Positions 37,300 through 46,614 of a stretch of DNA of 64,000 bases are shown here, piece after piece (position 1 is the first letter of the stretch; each line of letters starts with the position of its first letter). The notes beneath the pieces are model-generated. The model searched no databases. It saw nothing but the letters and a program-made list of their open reading frames with translations, and was not told the origin of the DNA. Source of the stretch: Candidatus Aenigmatarchaeota archaeon. Lineage in GTDB: Archaea > Aenigmatarchaeota > Aenigmatarchaeia > QMZP01. Location of the stretch: contig JADHWJ010000001.1 in NCBI GenBank assembly GCA_016783545.1, positions 10,369-74,368 of the forward strand. Reading direction: 5' to 3'. The position numbers were made by a program, and so were the translations under genes.

Positions 37300-38361
37300 A
37301 TGGATATCGAAAAATTCCTTTTGGAGAAGAAGCCTATTATAGATTCAAAGTTATTGGAATTTCTTCCTAAAGAACCAGATGAAAAATATGTTGAATGGGC
37401 ATTTGGCAAAGCAAGGTATGCTTATGACATAGAGACAATAAAAAACTCACTATCTAAACCTGTCTGGGATATTCTTGACAGAGGTGGTAAAAGATGGAGA
37501 CCTATTATGTTGCTTTTGGTGAATGAAGCTTTTGGTGGGGACCCCGAAAAAGTTTTGGACTTTACAGCAACAGTTGAATTCAGTCATGAGGGAAGTTTGC
37601 TTGTAGATGATATCGAAGACCTTAGCGAACTTAGAAGAGGCAAGCCATGCATACATAAGATATATGGAAATGATATTGCAATAAATGCTGGAAACTTTAT
37701 GTACTTTTTACCAGCTCTGCCGTTCATAAAAAATAGATCAGGATTTGATGAGAAAACATTGCTCAATGCATATAACATCTTTACACAGGAAATGATAAAC
37801 ATACATATCGGTCAGGGTCTTGACATTTTTTGGCATAGTGGGAAAAAAGAAGATGTCAAAGAGGAAGAATATCTGCAGATGTGCGCATACAAAACAGGAA
37901 CTCTTGCAAGGATGTCAGCAAAGCTTGGTGCTGTATTTGCAAATGCTTCAGAAGAACAGGTTGAAAAAATTGGGAAGTTTGCAGAGGCGGTTGGTGTCGG
38001 ATTCCAGATACAAGATGATATTCTCAGTGTTGTGGGCGATAAGTTCCAAGATAAGAAAGGGTATGGCGATGACATCACAGAAGGGAAAAGAACTTTGATG
38101 GTTCTTTATACACTTACAAAGGTTTCTGAAGATGAAAAAAACAGACTTCTGGAAATACTTGGAATGCACACAACAGATAAAAAATTAATTGGAGAAGCTC
38201 TGGACATTCTGAAGAAATCCGGTTCAGTTGAATATGCAAAAGAAAAAGCAAAGGAAATTGTTAAGAGTGCCTGGTTAGAAGTTAATGATATTCTTGAAGA
38301 ATCAGACGCAAAGCAAAAATTAAAGGCATTTGCTGATTTTTTAGTCGAAAGAGAGGTATAA
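37300..38361 (+). CDS. idsA: trans-polyprenyl diphosphate synthase (probable geranylgeranyl diphosphate synthase)
   Basis: The first aspartate-rich motif is LLVDDIEDLSELRRGK. The second is GFQIQDDILSV. Confidence 0.8.
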   Translation: MDIEKFLLEKKPIIDSKLLEFLPKEPDEKYVEWAFGKARYAYDIETIKNSLSKPVWDILDRGGKRWRPIMLLLVNEAFGGDPEKVLDFTATVEFSHEGSLLVDDIEDLSELRRGKPCIHKIYGNDIAINAGNFMYFLPALPFIKNRSGFDEKTLLNAYNIFTQEMINIHIGQGLDIFWHSGKKEDVKEEEYLQMCAYKTGTLARMSAKLGAVFANASEEQVEKIGKFAEAVGVGFQIQDDILSVVGDKFQDKKGYGDDITEGKRTLMVLYTLTKVSEDEKNRLLEILGMHTTDKKLIGEALDILKKSGSVEYAKEKAKEIVKSAWLEVNDILEESDAKQKLKAFADFLVEREV

Positions 38362-38498
38362 AACCTTTATAAGCCATAATGACCTATATCAGATAATAAT
38401 ACAAGCAATATTCGCTTTTTTTTGCTGTATTATAATCATCACAAACTAGAAAGTTTGTGCATGTAAATCATTGCCATAAGGCATTAAGGAGTAAACAT

Positions 38499-38666
38499 AT
38501 GGGCGATTTTGGAAGAAATAAAGACTTTAATAGAAATTCTGGACCAAGACAGATGCATAAAGCAACTTGTTCTGAGTGTGGAAAAGACTGTGAAGTTCCG
38601 TTCAAACCTGTAGAAGGTAGACCTGTCTTTTGTAGAGACTGTTTCATGAAGAAAAGAAGTTATTAG
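38499..38666 (+). CDS. small zinc-ribbon protein (zf-trcl-like CxxC...PF.P..RPVFC..C)
   Basis: MGDFGRN...ATCSECGKDCEVPFKPVEGRPVFCRDCF. AAGGAG lies 9 nt upstream of this ATG. Confidence 0.5.
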   Translation: MGDFGRNKDFNRNSGPRQMHKATCSECGKDCEVPFKPVEGRPVFCRDCFMKKRSY

Positions 38667-38864
38667 TAGAGAATTCTAAGTTTTTTTGATTATAGTAGAT
38701 GTTGGAATACAGTATATAACATTGTTATATATAACCAAAAATCAGAGACCGTGTTAAATAAACATGATTTGGTTTAATCCACATCTCTTTTTTTATTTAC
38801 CAATTTTAATTGTTATTAGAATATCGATAAAACGTATTAAAACAAAAAACAATAAATAGAACAT

Positions 38865-39035
38865 ATGTTTGACATTAAATCTAAAATAGCAAACTGTAAG
38901 AGGGTTCTGCAGATAGCAAGGAAGCCTAGCAAGGACGAATTCATATCATCGAGTAAAGTAAGTGCTCTTGGTATGTTTGTGATAGGTATGATCGGCTTTG
39001 TAATATTCCTAGTGTTCGTATTTTTGCCCTTATAA
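38865..39035 (+). CDS. secE: preprotein translocase subunit SecE (Sec61 gamma)
   Basis: The 56-aa MFDIKSKIANCKRVLQIARKPSKDEFISSSKVSALGMFVIGMIGFVIFLVFVFLPL has the conserved KP-x-x-x-EF motif and a single TM helix. It sits directly upstream of spt5, as in the conserved archaeal cluster. It is below the 60-aa ORF-track cutoff. Confidence 0.7.
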   Translation: MFDIKSKIANCKRVLQIARKPSKDEFISSSKVSALGMFVIGMIGFVIFLVFVFLPL

Positions 39036-39093
39036 ACCATTTAAATAAAAATTAATTGAATAATAATACAAATTAAGGAATTTTTTTGATTAC

Positions 39094-39618
39094 ATGATAT
39101 ACACATTAAGAACAACATCTGGAAGAGAGGACATTGTGATAGACCTATTAACAACGAAAATAAAGTCCCAGGGTCTTGGGGTAAATGCGATTTTCCACCC
39201 AGCTGAAATTAAGGGTTACATTTTCATAGAAGGTGATCTAAATTCAATACATAAGTCAATTCAGGGTTTAATGCATTCAAAGGGATTGATAGAAAAACCC
39301 GTTAAGCTAGCAGATCTTCAGCATTTCTTACAGAGAAAAACATCAAAAATAAAGATTGGTGTTGGTGACACTGTTGAGATTATTGGAGGACCTTTTAAGG
39401 GAGAAAAGGGGAAGATTACAAGGATTGATAAAGTAAAAGATGAAGTTACTGCAGAGCTTTTGGAGGCAACTATACCAATACCTGTTACAATTGCAACAGA
39501 ATTCGTGAAAGTAATAAAAAGAGTAAAACATGATGAAAAACTAGAAGATGAAGAAAAGGAAGAAAAGCCAAAAAAGAAGAAATTCAGTCTGGATGATTTG
39601 AAGGACCAGCTTGGATAA
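39094..39618 (+). CDS. spt5: transcription elongation factor Spt5 (archaeal NusG) with a charged C-terminal extension
   Basis: NGN domain (IYTLRTTSGREDIV...GYIFIEG) and KOW motif (GDTVEIIGGPFKGEKGKI). About 35 extra K/E-rich residues follow. Confidence 0.85.
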   Translation: MIYTLRTTSGREDIVIDLLTTKIKSQGLGVNAIFHPAEIKGYIFIEGDLNSIHKSIQGLMHSKGLIEKPVKLADLQHFLQRKTSKIKIGVGDTVEIIGGPFKGEKGKITRIDKVKDEVTAELLEATIPIPVTIATEFVKVIKRVKHDEKLEDEEKEEKPKKKKFSLDDLKDQLG

Positions 39619-39642
39619 CTTGAATGTAAGGACAGTGCTATT

Positions 39643-39918
39643 ATGACTGAAGATTTTGGCCAACCAAAAATAAAGTACACCATAACAAGAGACTTCTCAC
39701 AAAAAGTAGGGCATCAATATAAAGTTGTTTTTTATATAATGGGTAATAAGAAGCCAAAGGCAACGTTCAGAATATGCGAATGTGGTGCTAATGGTTTACT
39801 AGAAAGCATAAAAAAGAATTTAAATGCTATAATTGAAAATAAAGGAAGGGGAGCAGTTCCTGATGCAAAAGAAACCCCAAGTTCAGAAGATCAGGAACAT
39901 ACCAGATATATAGGATAG
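39643..39918 (+). CDS. hypothetical protein inserted between spt5 and rpl11
   Basis: A 91-aa ORF with a CECG motif. I recognise no family. Confidence 0.3.
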   Translation: MTEDFGQPKIKYTITRDFSQKVGHQYKVVFYIMGNKKPKATFRICECGANGLLESIKKNLNAIIENKGRGAVPDAKETPSSEDQEHTRYIG

Positions 39919-39960
39919 CTTGACTGAAATGACAGGCTACAACGAATACAAGATGATAAT

Positions 39961-40503
39961 ATGGGCGAACAGACATTTGATTTACTGATTGAAGGAGGAA
40001 AAGCAACAGTCACACCTGCAATGGGACAGCAGCTTGGACCTTTAGGTGTTAATACAGGTGAAATTATAAATCAAATAAATGAAAAAACAAAAGAGCTTGC
40101 TGGTATACAGGTTCCTGTTAAACTTGTGGTTGATACTGGAACAAAAGAATTCTCAATAGATGTTGGAACACCACCTGTTTCTGCTTTGGTAAAAAAAGAG
40201 CTAGGTATTGATAAAGGTTCTGGGGAGACAGGTATATCAAGAGTTGGGGATTTAACAGAAGATCAAGTAGTGAAAATATCAAAAGCAAAATTCGGTTCAG
40301 ATTCTCCTGATTTAATTAGCCAGGTAAAAGGAACATGCAAAAGCATGGGTGTTTCCATAGGTCAGGGCGCTGTTACTGATGAGGAAATAAAGAAGGCAAC
40401 TGAGAAGAAGGAAGAGGCACCTGTAGAAGAAGAAGCACCAATAGAAGCACCAAAAGAAGAAAAGAAGGAAGAAAAGAAAAGAAGAGTGTTCAAGGGAAGA
40501 TAA
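39961..40503 (+). CDS. rpl11: ribosomal protein uL11 with an acidic/Lys-rich C-terminal tail
   Basis: VTPAMGQQLGPLGVN...PVKLVVDTG...FSIDVGTPP is the uL11 signature. The tail is EEAPVEEEAPIEAPKEEKKEEKKRR. Confidence 0.9.
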   Translation: MGEQTFDLLIEGGKATVTPAMGQQLGPLGVNTGEIINQINEKTKELAGIQVPVKLVVDTGTKEFSIDVGTPPVSALVKKELGIDKGSGETGISRVGDLTEDQVVKISKAKFGSDSPDLISQVKGTCKSMGVSIGQGAVTDEEIKKATEKKEEAPVEEEAPIEAPKEEKKEEKKRRVFKGR

Positions 40504-40544
40504 GCTTCAGTAAAAGAAACCTTTAAAAAAGTTATTTCTAAAGA

Positions 40545-41027
40545 ATGCCTATGGGAATGTGGAATAATATCTTTTGGGCAGTTTTTATCCTAATATTGAT
40601 ATCATTAATTGCAACCGTTCTAACCGGATTTCTGTATGTCTACATGTTCTTCGGCCTCTTTACCATAATAGTTGGTATCCAAATGCTTTCCCTGGAATTC
40701 CAGGAAAGGAGAATAAAAAATAGACAGGAAGAGCTAAGAGTTGCGATTAATAGAGTTATACGCTGGGTGAATCAGAATTATCGACAGGAAAAACCAAAAG
40801 ATAGGGTAAGTGAATTAACTGAAAAGAAAAAAGAGCTCCTAAATGAAGTGGAAAACAGGAACAGGTTGATAATAAAGAAAATGCTTGAACTGGAAAATAA
40901 ACTAAATGAGGTATCAAAAGCATTTGCTTCCAAAGAAACTGTTCGGAGTGGAAAGGGAGATAACAGGATTATAAAATCCGGGGAAAAGGGCGAAACCGTA
41001 TATGTACACGAAGAGGAATTGATATAA
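40545..41027 (+). CDS. hypothetical two-TM membrane protein with a coiled-coil tail, inserted between rpl11 and rpl1
   Basis: 160 aa with two N-terminal TM helices. Then comes a heptad-like charged region (ELLNEVENRNRLIIKKMLELENKLNEV). Confidence 0.4.
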   Translation: MPMGMWNNIFWAVFILILISLIATVLTGFLYVYMFFGLFTIIVGIQMLSLEFQERRIKNRQEELRVAINRVIRWVNQNYRQEKPKDRVSELTEKKKELLNEVENRNRLIIKKMLELENKLNEVSKAFASKETVRSGKGDNRIIKSGEKGETVYVHEEELI

Positions 41028-41112
41028 GCTTTAAAAGCCTTTTATGCATATAATTATCTATCCGTTAAAGCATCTCAATGGTGCTGGCACTACTTTCGAG
41101 TAGGAGGATATT

Positions 41113-41958
41113 ATGACAGATGAAAAAAAGAAAAATAAAAAGAAAAATGAAAAAAAGAAAAATGAAAAAAAGAAAAAAGAAAAGAAGGAAAAACCTATTT
41201 CTAAACAAAAAACTACTGTTAAAAAAGAAGAACCGAAAAAACAAAATCCACCAAAAAAAGCTGTTAAACCCAAACCTGAAAAGAAAGAAGCCCCATTAAA
41301 AGAAGCTCAGACAGGTGTTTTCAAAACAAAAACATTCGAAGAAGCAATTAAATCGGCAAGGGAAGCCTCTAAAAAGAGAAAATTTAACCAGACCTGGGAT
41401 CTTATAGTTAACTTAAAGAACATTAATTTGAAGAAAGAGGTAGAGAATAGGTTCAATTTAGACCACCTTTTGCCAGAAGGCCGAGGAGAGGGCTTAAAGG
41501 TCGCTGTTATAGCTGATTCTCTGGCATCGAAGGCAGGAAAATGCGCAGACCTTGTTGTTAGAAAGCAAGAAATCCCTTCCATTTCCAAAGATAAAAAAAA
41601 GCTTAAAAATATTGCAGAATCTTATGATTTTTTCTACGCAGAGGCAACTTTGATGATAGATGTTGCTAAAAATTTCGGTGCTATATTAGGTCCAAGAGGA
41701 AAGATGGCAAAACCAATACCACCTAATGTAGATGTTGAACCTTTTGTGAAAAGAGCAAAAAGACTAACAAAGCTCAAATTGAGTGAAATACCTGTTGTGT
41801 ATGTTGCTATTGGAAAAGAGGATATGGCTGATGAAAAAATAGCAAAGAATGTAGAATCTGTCTATGGTGTTATAACTGAGAAAATGCCAAAGGGAAAAGA
41901 AAACATAAAATCAGTCTACTTAAAATTGACAATGGGAAAACCTATAAGGGTGATCTAA
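41113..41958 (+). CDS. rpl1: ribosomal protein uL1 with an approximately 65-aa Lys-rich N-terminal extension
   Basis: The conserved uL1 core starts at FEEAIKSAREASKKRKFNQTWDLIVNLKNINLKK. It is preceded by KKKNKKKNEKKKNEKKKKEKKEK... Confidence 0.85.
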   Translation: MTDEKKKNKKKNEKKKNEKKKKEKKEKPISKQKTTVKKEEPKKQNPPKKAVKPKPEKKEAPLKEAQTGVFKTKTFEEAIKSAREASKKRKFNQTWDLIVNLKNINLKKEVENRFNLDHLLPEGRGEGLKVAVIADSLASKAGKCADLVVRKQEIPSISKDKKKLKNIAESYDFFYAEATLMIDVAKNFGAILGPRGKMAKPIPPNVDVEPFVKRAKRLTKLKLSEIPVVYVAIGKEDMADEKIAKNVESVYGVITEKMPKGKENIKSVYLKLTMGKPIRVI

Positions 41959-42800
41959 TGGTTTCAAAGAAAAAACTCCAGGTAGTGAAGGAAATGAAAG
42001 AAGAGATGAAAAAATATCCAGTGATAGGGCTATTGGATATGCATAAAATGCCTGCAAGGCAACTACATGAGATAAGGAATAGTCTAAGGGGAGATGTTGT
42101 TATAAGAATGGTAAAGAAAAGGCTGATTAAACTCATACTTAAAGAATCAAAACTCAATGGCGCGGAAAAGATTGAAGACTATATTCAAGGAGAGCCTGCG
42201 TTTTTATTGAGTGGAATAAATCCGTTCAAGCTTGCCAGGACACTGGAAAAGAATAAATCAAAGGCAGCTGCAAAGCCAGGAGACATAGCGCCCAAGGAAA
42301 TGATTATTCCAGCAGGACCGACCCCTCTTGCAGCAGGACCTGCAATAGGAGAGCTGCAGAAAATAGGTTTGCAGGCCACAGTTCAGGATGGTAAGATAGC
42401 TGTTAGAGTGGATAAAGTTGTTGCAAAAGAAGGTGAAGAAATAACAGAGGATGTTGCATCTGTGTTAGGCAAATTAGGAATAGAGCCAATGGAAATAGGG
42501 CTTAACTTAGTCTGTACATGGGAAAATGGAACAATTTATGAAAAGGATATATTGTTTGTTCCGTTGGAACAGTATGAGGAAGATATAAAAACCTCTGTAT
42601 CAAACGCTTTTAATCTTGCTGTTAATATAAATTATCCGACAGCAGAAACCATAGGGCTTTTGCTTTCAAAGGCGCATTCAGAATCATTGTCATTGGCAAA
42701 GGAAGCCAATATTATAACCCCGGAGACTGTTGGGAATGTTTTGGCTAAGGCTAAGGCAGAAGCAGAGGCTCTGGAAAAAAAGACTAATGCTCAAAAATGA
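41958..42800 (+). CDS. rpl10: ribosomal protein uL10 (acidic stalk protein P0)
   Basis: KKYPVIGLLDMHKMPARQLHEIRNSLRGDVVIRMVKKRL matches the archaeal P0 N-terminal domain. The C-terminus is an Ala/Glu-rich stalk tail. Confidence 0.85.
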   Translation: MVSKKKLQVVKEMKEEMKKYPVIGLLDMHKMPARQLHEIRNSLRGDVVIRMVKKRLIKLILKESKLNGAEKIEDYIQGEPAFLLSGINPFKLARTLEKNKSKAAAKPGDIAPKEMIIPAGPTPLAAGPAIGELQKIGLQATVQDGKIAVRVDKVVAKEGEEITEDVASVLGKLGIEPMEIGLNLVCTWENGTIYEKDILFVPLEQYEEDIKTSVSNAFNLAVNINYPTAETIGLLLSKAHSESLSLAKEANIITPETVGNVLAKAKAEAEALEKKTNAQK

Positions 42801-42822
42801 TGAGATAAATATAGGAGGTAAT

Positions 42823-43239
42823 ATGAAAGAAGAAAAAGAGGTTGTAACTGCAGGAGAAGACGCACAAAAGCCAGCTGAAGCACCAGAGAAGAAAGAAGAG
42901 TCAAAAAAAGGGAATGCTGAGGCACCGGCAACGAAAAAACCAAATTATGTCTACCTTGCACTATTTTTACATTCTGCTAACAAAGAGATAACTGAAGAGA
43001 ACATAAAAAAACTTTCTGATTCTATAGGCGAAAAAGCAGACGATGCGCAATTAAAGGCACTGGTTTCAAGTCTTGAAGGAATTGATATAAATGATGCAAT
43101 AAGCCAGGCAATTGCAGCACCCGCAGCAGCAGCTCCAGTAGGAGAAGTGAAAGAAGAAAAGAAAGAGGAAAAGAAAGAAGAAGACGCTGAAAAGAAATCA
43201 GAAGAAGCTGCAGCAGGACTGAGTTCTCTATTTAGTTAA
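42823..43239 (+). CDS. rpl12: ribosomal stalk protein P1 (aL12) with an approximately 45-aa N-terminal extension
   Basis: NYVYLALFLHSANKEITEENIKKLS...LEGIDINDAI..AAPAAAAP..EEKKEEKKEE matches archaeal P1. The ATG at 42823 is preceded by TAGGAGGT. The ORF-track start at 42730 overlaps rpl10 and is unlikely. Confidence 0.8.
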   Translation: MKEEKEVVTAGEDAQKPAEAPEKKEESKKGNAEAPATKKPNYVYLALFLHSANKEITEENIKKLSDSIGEKADDAQLKALVSSLEGIDINDAISQAIAAPAAAAPVGEVKEEKKEEKKEEDAEKKSEEAAAGLSSLFS

Positions 43240-43302
43240 GATATTGTTCACTGATCAGATGAGATGACGTGAATTTTTAGTTTTTAGAATGTTTTTATTC
43301 TG

Positions 43303-46300
43303 TTAGGCAACTTTATGGTTTAGAGCAGGCGGAGTTTTAGCAGCAGGAAGTACACCACCAGGTCCATGAGCGTGAGGTGGTATGCCAGTTCCAGTCGGCT
43401 TGTCTGCTCCAGCACCGCCCGCACCTGTTCCAGGAGAGATTGCCCATATCATGGCAACTATACAAAGCAGGGAGAGTATGCTGCTCAATCCCATCATGTC
43501 GTTTCCAAAATCCCCATGACTGCTTATACCACCTCTCAACCCGTCTACATTATCTGCATTACAAAGCGACTCCTTTGATTTTTTCAGCTGATCCAGCTCT
43601 TGTTTGGCCTCTTCATATTTTGTCAGGGCGTCTGAAGCAAGGCAGAGAAGGATTGCTGTTGCAAACCTGCAGTACCAAGGAGCGGTCTCGCCCTTATCAA
43701 GAGCTGCTTGGCACACCGCATAGATAATAACAACAGCTGAGATATATTGAGTGAATTCTTCTTTTCTCTTGTCAATTTCGTCTTCTAAATCATCAATATC
43801 AGCTTTAGTTTTTTCACAGTTTATATAATCCAGACTCTTGTTGCCTTTGATTATCAAAGTCCCAGTGGCAGAAAGGTCTCGTGTTGAAACAGTTTCTCCT
43901 TCTTTGTATTCTACTGTAACAAACAAACTGAGAGATCTGTTAACCTTCCTGAGTGCCCTTAACCCATTTTCTATAACAGGTGGTAGTATGGGACATGATA
44001 TATTAATGCTCTGGTTTGTTGAATTAAGTACACTGCAATATGTTTCAGAAATATCACTATCATTGAATTGATATGAACTGCTCTTGAGCTTGGTAAAGCC
44101 TGCAGGAGGATTTTGTATCAGTGCGCTCACCTCAAATGATTGAGTCGATACACATTGCTTTTTCAAATTCACTGAACATTCAATAGGGTTTGGTATATAC
44201 ATATTCAATAGCATTGAATCACTGCTTATACATTCTCCATTCTCTTTAGCACCATTATAACAGAATTGTTCACCCGGACAACCGCAATCCAGACAGCAGG
44301 TGCCTGCTGACTCTCCGACATCATTTTCACATTTACCATCACCGCAATGCGGAATGGGTTTGATTGTAAACAACGGCAGGTCTGCTCTTAGTGTGCCTCC
44401 AACTGTTTTGTCACCGTTATTAAATCTTATCCAAAAGCTAAGGTTTCCTGGTGGAAACCTGACTATACCATTAGGTCTATCAAATAATTGTGAGGTGTTA
44501 TAATCTACTGTGGGTAGCGTCAAATTGCACGCAAAACGCACATCCCCGATTTCTTCACATTCAACAGTACAGGGAACATCATCATCAAACTCGCATGTGG
44601 AACTAGTGAAAATGAACCCTTCTGGTGGCTTTTCAACCATAACAGTCATTTTTGATTTATGATGTATTGTTGTATCCTCAAAATCTTTTTTATCATACTC
44701 TTCAATAATCAATCTTATTTGGGATTTTAACTCACAGCTATCTCCTGGTGTAAATCCCCCCAAATCTTGAGTACTGCAATAATAACCATCATCACACCCA
44801 CAATCATAGCAGCAATTGTTGCTGGTCTCCCACGGTTCATCACAAATTCTATTCCCGCATTGCATCAAACCTATTGAAATGCCTGGTGCAGAAGCTTCCA
44901 GTCGTTTCAAGAGAGCTCCATGTGTACCATCCATGTAGCTTATATTAACAGCTATATCTGGGTTCAATGTATATACTTTTGAAGAATTATATTCAAGCAC
45001 CTGAAATCTTAATGAACATGTCGCATTGTATATGTTTGTATCAGAACTAGGAAGCCCAGAGCATGTTAGTGTGCATGTGGATATGCAGGGAGTTCTGTCA
45101 GCAGTGCATTCAGTTGAACATGTTGTAGAAACAACGCTCATTGTTTTTGGTTTGTTTTGTATATTGATTAATAGATTTACAATTTCTGTGGAAGTTCCTT
45201 TATAGAATGAAAGTGGATTGGCTTCAATAATTACAAGATCACTGTCTATTGGATCTAACCTGCATTCAGCTTGTGTATGATCAGAGACATTATAATCACA
45301 ATAACCTGTTACACAATCACAATCATAGCAGGAATTCTGCTCGTTTTCTCCTAAATCTCTTTGACATTCTCCATCGGCTGGAAACCAGCTAACAACTGTT
45401 ATATCATCAAAATTCCCTTCTAATGTTTTATAAACAGTATCAGCACCATCTGGAAAATTTGTATCCATAACAAGACTGTTAGGTCCTATTGTAAATGTAC
45501 CAGAATCACAATCTGGATCAGCAAATAATGTTATATTACATTTGTATACTTCCCTAACCTTTGCACATGTTGTTGGTAGTGTGGTTTGGTTCAGCCTATA
45601 CATTACACTGTCAAGGTTTATACCACTTGGTTCATTGTCAATAATAACAGAGAGCTCTATCTCATTATCAACTTTGCAGTTAGTTATGCCTGTATTTCCA
45701 GATATGCTAAGCGTTATGCTATCAAGATCTTTACACCCCTTTCCTATATCACAATAATCACTTTCAACACCACAGCCGCAATCAAGACAGCAGTTTACAG
45801 AATTTTCCCCAATACTACCTTCGCATTTCTCACCAGGTGAATCATACCCGGGTCCAAATCCACAGTGATAGTCTGTTACATTATGCAAAGTAATGGGGTT
45901 GTATACACCATTATCATTTTCAGAGAAAACAACCCAGAAATCAGCATCAATTGTCTCTACAGCACTTGCATAACTTTCAGATGTTCTGAAACTGGCAGAG
46001 TCCATTTCAGCTTCATCTCCTTTGATTATATACAATTTGTTACTGTCTGCAAAAACAGCCCTTTCTGTGATATCAGAACGGAAAGGAACTATTTCATTAA
46101 TCCTAACAAAGTCCCTTATGAAACTAAACCTTCCGATTGAATTTGTGTATAAGTTGACTCTATCCAGCTCTCTATTGACTTTGAATAGAACACTTCCTGT
46201 TTTCATTACTTCTTCCCAAAACCCAATCCAGCCAACAGCGCCGCCAACCCTTGTTTTAACAAGCATGAGGATGTTTGCCACATCATCACTTGATATATCA

Positions 46301-46614
46301 GAAAATGGATAAGTTTTTAAGAAATCACCTGAAGAAGAATCATAATCTCCAGCATCTATGCATTCTTTTGGATTTTTATCCGTGCATTTATACACCTGGA
46401 CCTTTTCGATATTGTCTCCCCCCAAAGAGACTGAAACATCATTTCCGTTTAAAGAAATTGATTTAGTTGCTATATCCCCTGGATTTAATTGAACTGTATC
46501 AGAACTCACTCCATAAATCATATTGATTTCAGTTGCGAAAGCAAATGGCATTGAAAAAATTAAATATGTCATGGATATTGCAAACACTTCGAGTATCATT
46601 ATTTTATAATTCAT
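43303..46614 (-). CDS. large secreted Cys-rich protein with four copies of a CG-x-G-x-C...GE-x...CC-x-DCGC module and a multi-TM C-terminal region
   Basis: Signal peptide MNYKIMILEVFAISMTYLIFSMPFAFA. The four repeats are GEKCEGSIGENSVNCCLDCGC, GECQRDLGENEQNSCYDCDC, CGNRICDEPWETSNNCCYDCGC and CGDGKCENDVGESAGTCCLDCGC. The C-terminus has a coiled-coil stretch and hydrophobic helices. Confidence 0.55.
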   Translation of the reverse strand: MNYKIMILEVFAISMTYLIFSMPFAFATEINMIYGVSSDTVQLNPGDIATKSISLNGNDVSVSLGGDNIEKVQVYKCTDKNPKECIDAGDYDSSSGDFLKTYPFSDISSDDVANILMLVKTRVGGAVGWIGFWEEVMKTGSVLFKVNRELDRVNLYTNSIGRFSFIRDFVRINEIVPFRSDITERAVFADSNKLYIIKGDEAEMDSASFRTSESYASAVETIDADFWVVFSENDNGVYNPITLHNVTDYHCGFGPGYDSPGEKCEGSIGENSVNCCLDCGCGVESDYCDIGKGCKDLDSITLSISGNTGITNCKVDNEIELSVIIDNEPSGINLDSVMYRLNQTTLPTTCAKVREVYKCNITLFADPDCDSGTFTIGPNSLVMDTNFPDGADTVYKTLEGNFDDITVVSWFPADGECQRDLGENEQNSCYDCDCVTGYCDYNVSDHTQAECRLDPIDSDLVIIEANPLSFYKGTSTEIVNLLINIQNKPKTMSVVSTTCSTECTADRTPCISTCTLTCSGLPSSDTNIYNATCSLRFQVLEYNSSKVYTLNPDIAVNISYMDGTHGALLKRLEASAPGISIGLMQCGNRICDEPWETSNNCCYDCGCDDGYYCSTQDLGGFTPGDSCELKSQIRLIIEEYDKKDFEDTTIHHKSKMTVMVEKPPEGFIFTSSTCEFDDDVPCTVECEEIGDVRFACNLTLPTVDYNTSQLFDRPNGIVRFPPGNLSFWIRFNNGDKTVGGTLRADLPLFTIKPIPHCGDGKCENDVGESAGTCCLDCGCPGEQFCYNGAKENGECISSDSMLLNMYIPNPIECSVNLKKQCVSTQSFEVSALIQNPPAGFTKLKSSSYQFNDSDISETYCSVLNSTNQSINISCPILPPVIENGLRALRKVNRSLSLFVTVEYKEGETVSTRDLSATGTLIIKGNKSLDYINCEKTKADIDDLEDEIDKRKEEFTQYISAVVIIYAVCQAALDKGETAPWYCRFATAILLCLASDALTKYEEAKQELDQLKKSKESLCNADNVDGLRGGISSHGDFGNDMMGLSSILSLLCIVAMIWAISPGTGAGGAGADKPTGTGIPPHAHGPGGVLPAAKTPPALNHKVA

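Noticed and set aside
37450-38169. Several minus- and plus-strand small ORFs inside the polyprenyl synthase gene
   Set aside because: They are embedded in a gene with both DDxxD motifs intact and are overlapping alternative-frame artefacts.
38837-39040. Minus-strand 67-aa ORF from the track
   Set aside because: The plus strand here encodes a textbook SecE (KPxxxEF plus one TM) in the conserved secE-spt5 context, so the minus ORF is its antisense shadow.
41113-41230. Tandem AAAAAGAAAAATGA-type nucleotide repeat
   Set aside because: It is not a CRISPR or satellite. It is in frame and encodes the Lys-rich N-terminal extension of uL1.
41058-41273. Minus-strand poly-Phe/Ser ORF (FFFFSFFFF...)
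   Set aside because: It is the antisense of the poly-Lys coding repeat at the 5' end of rpl1 and is pure low complexity.
42730-42822. Upstream extension of the P1 ORF (MGMFWLRLRQKQRLWKKRLMLKNDEINIGGN) given in the ORF track
   Set aside because: It overlaps the rpl10 C-terminus in another frame and is an Arg/Leu-rich translation of the Ala/Glu-rich P0 tail. A strong SD-like TAGGAGGT precedes the internal ATG at 42823.
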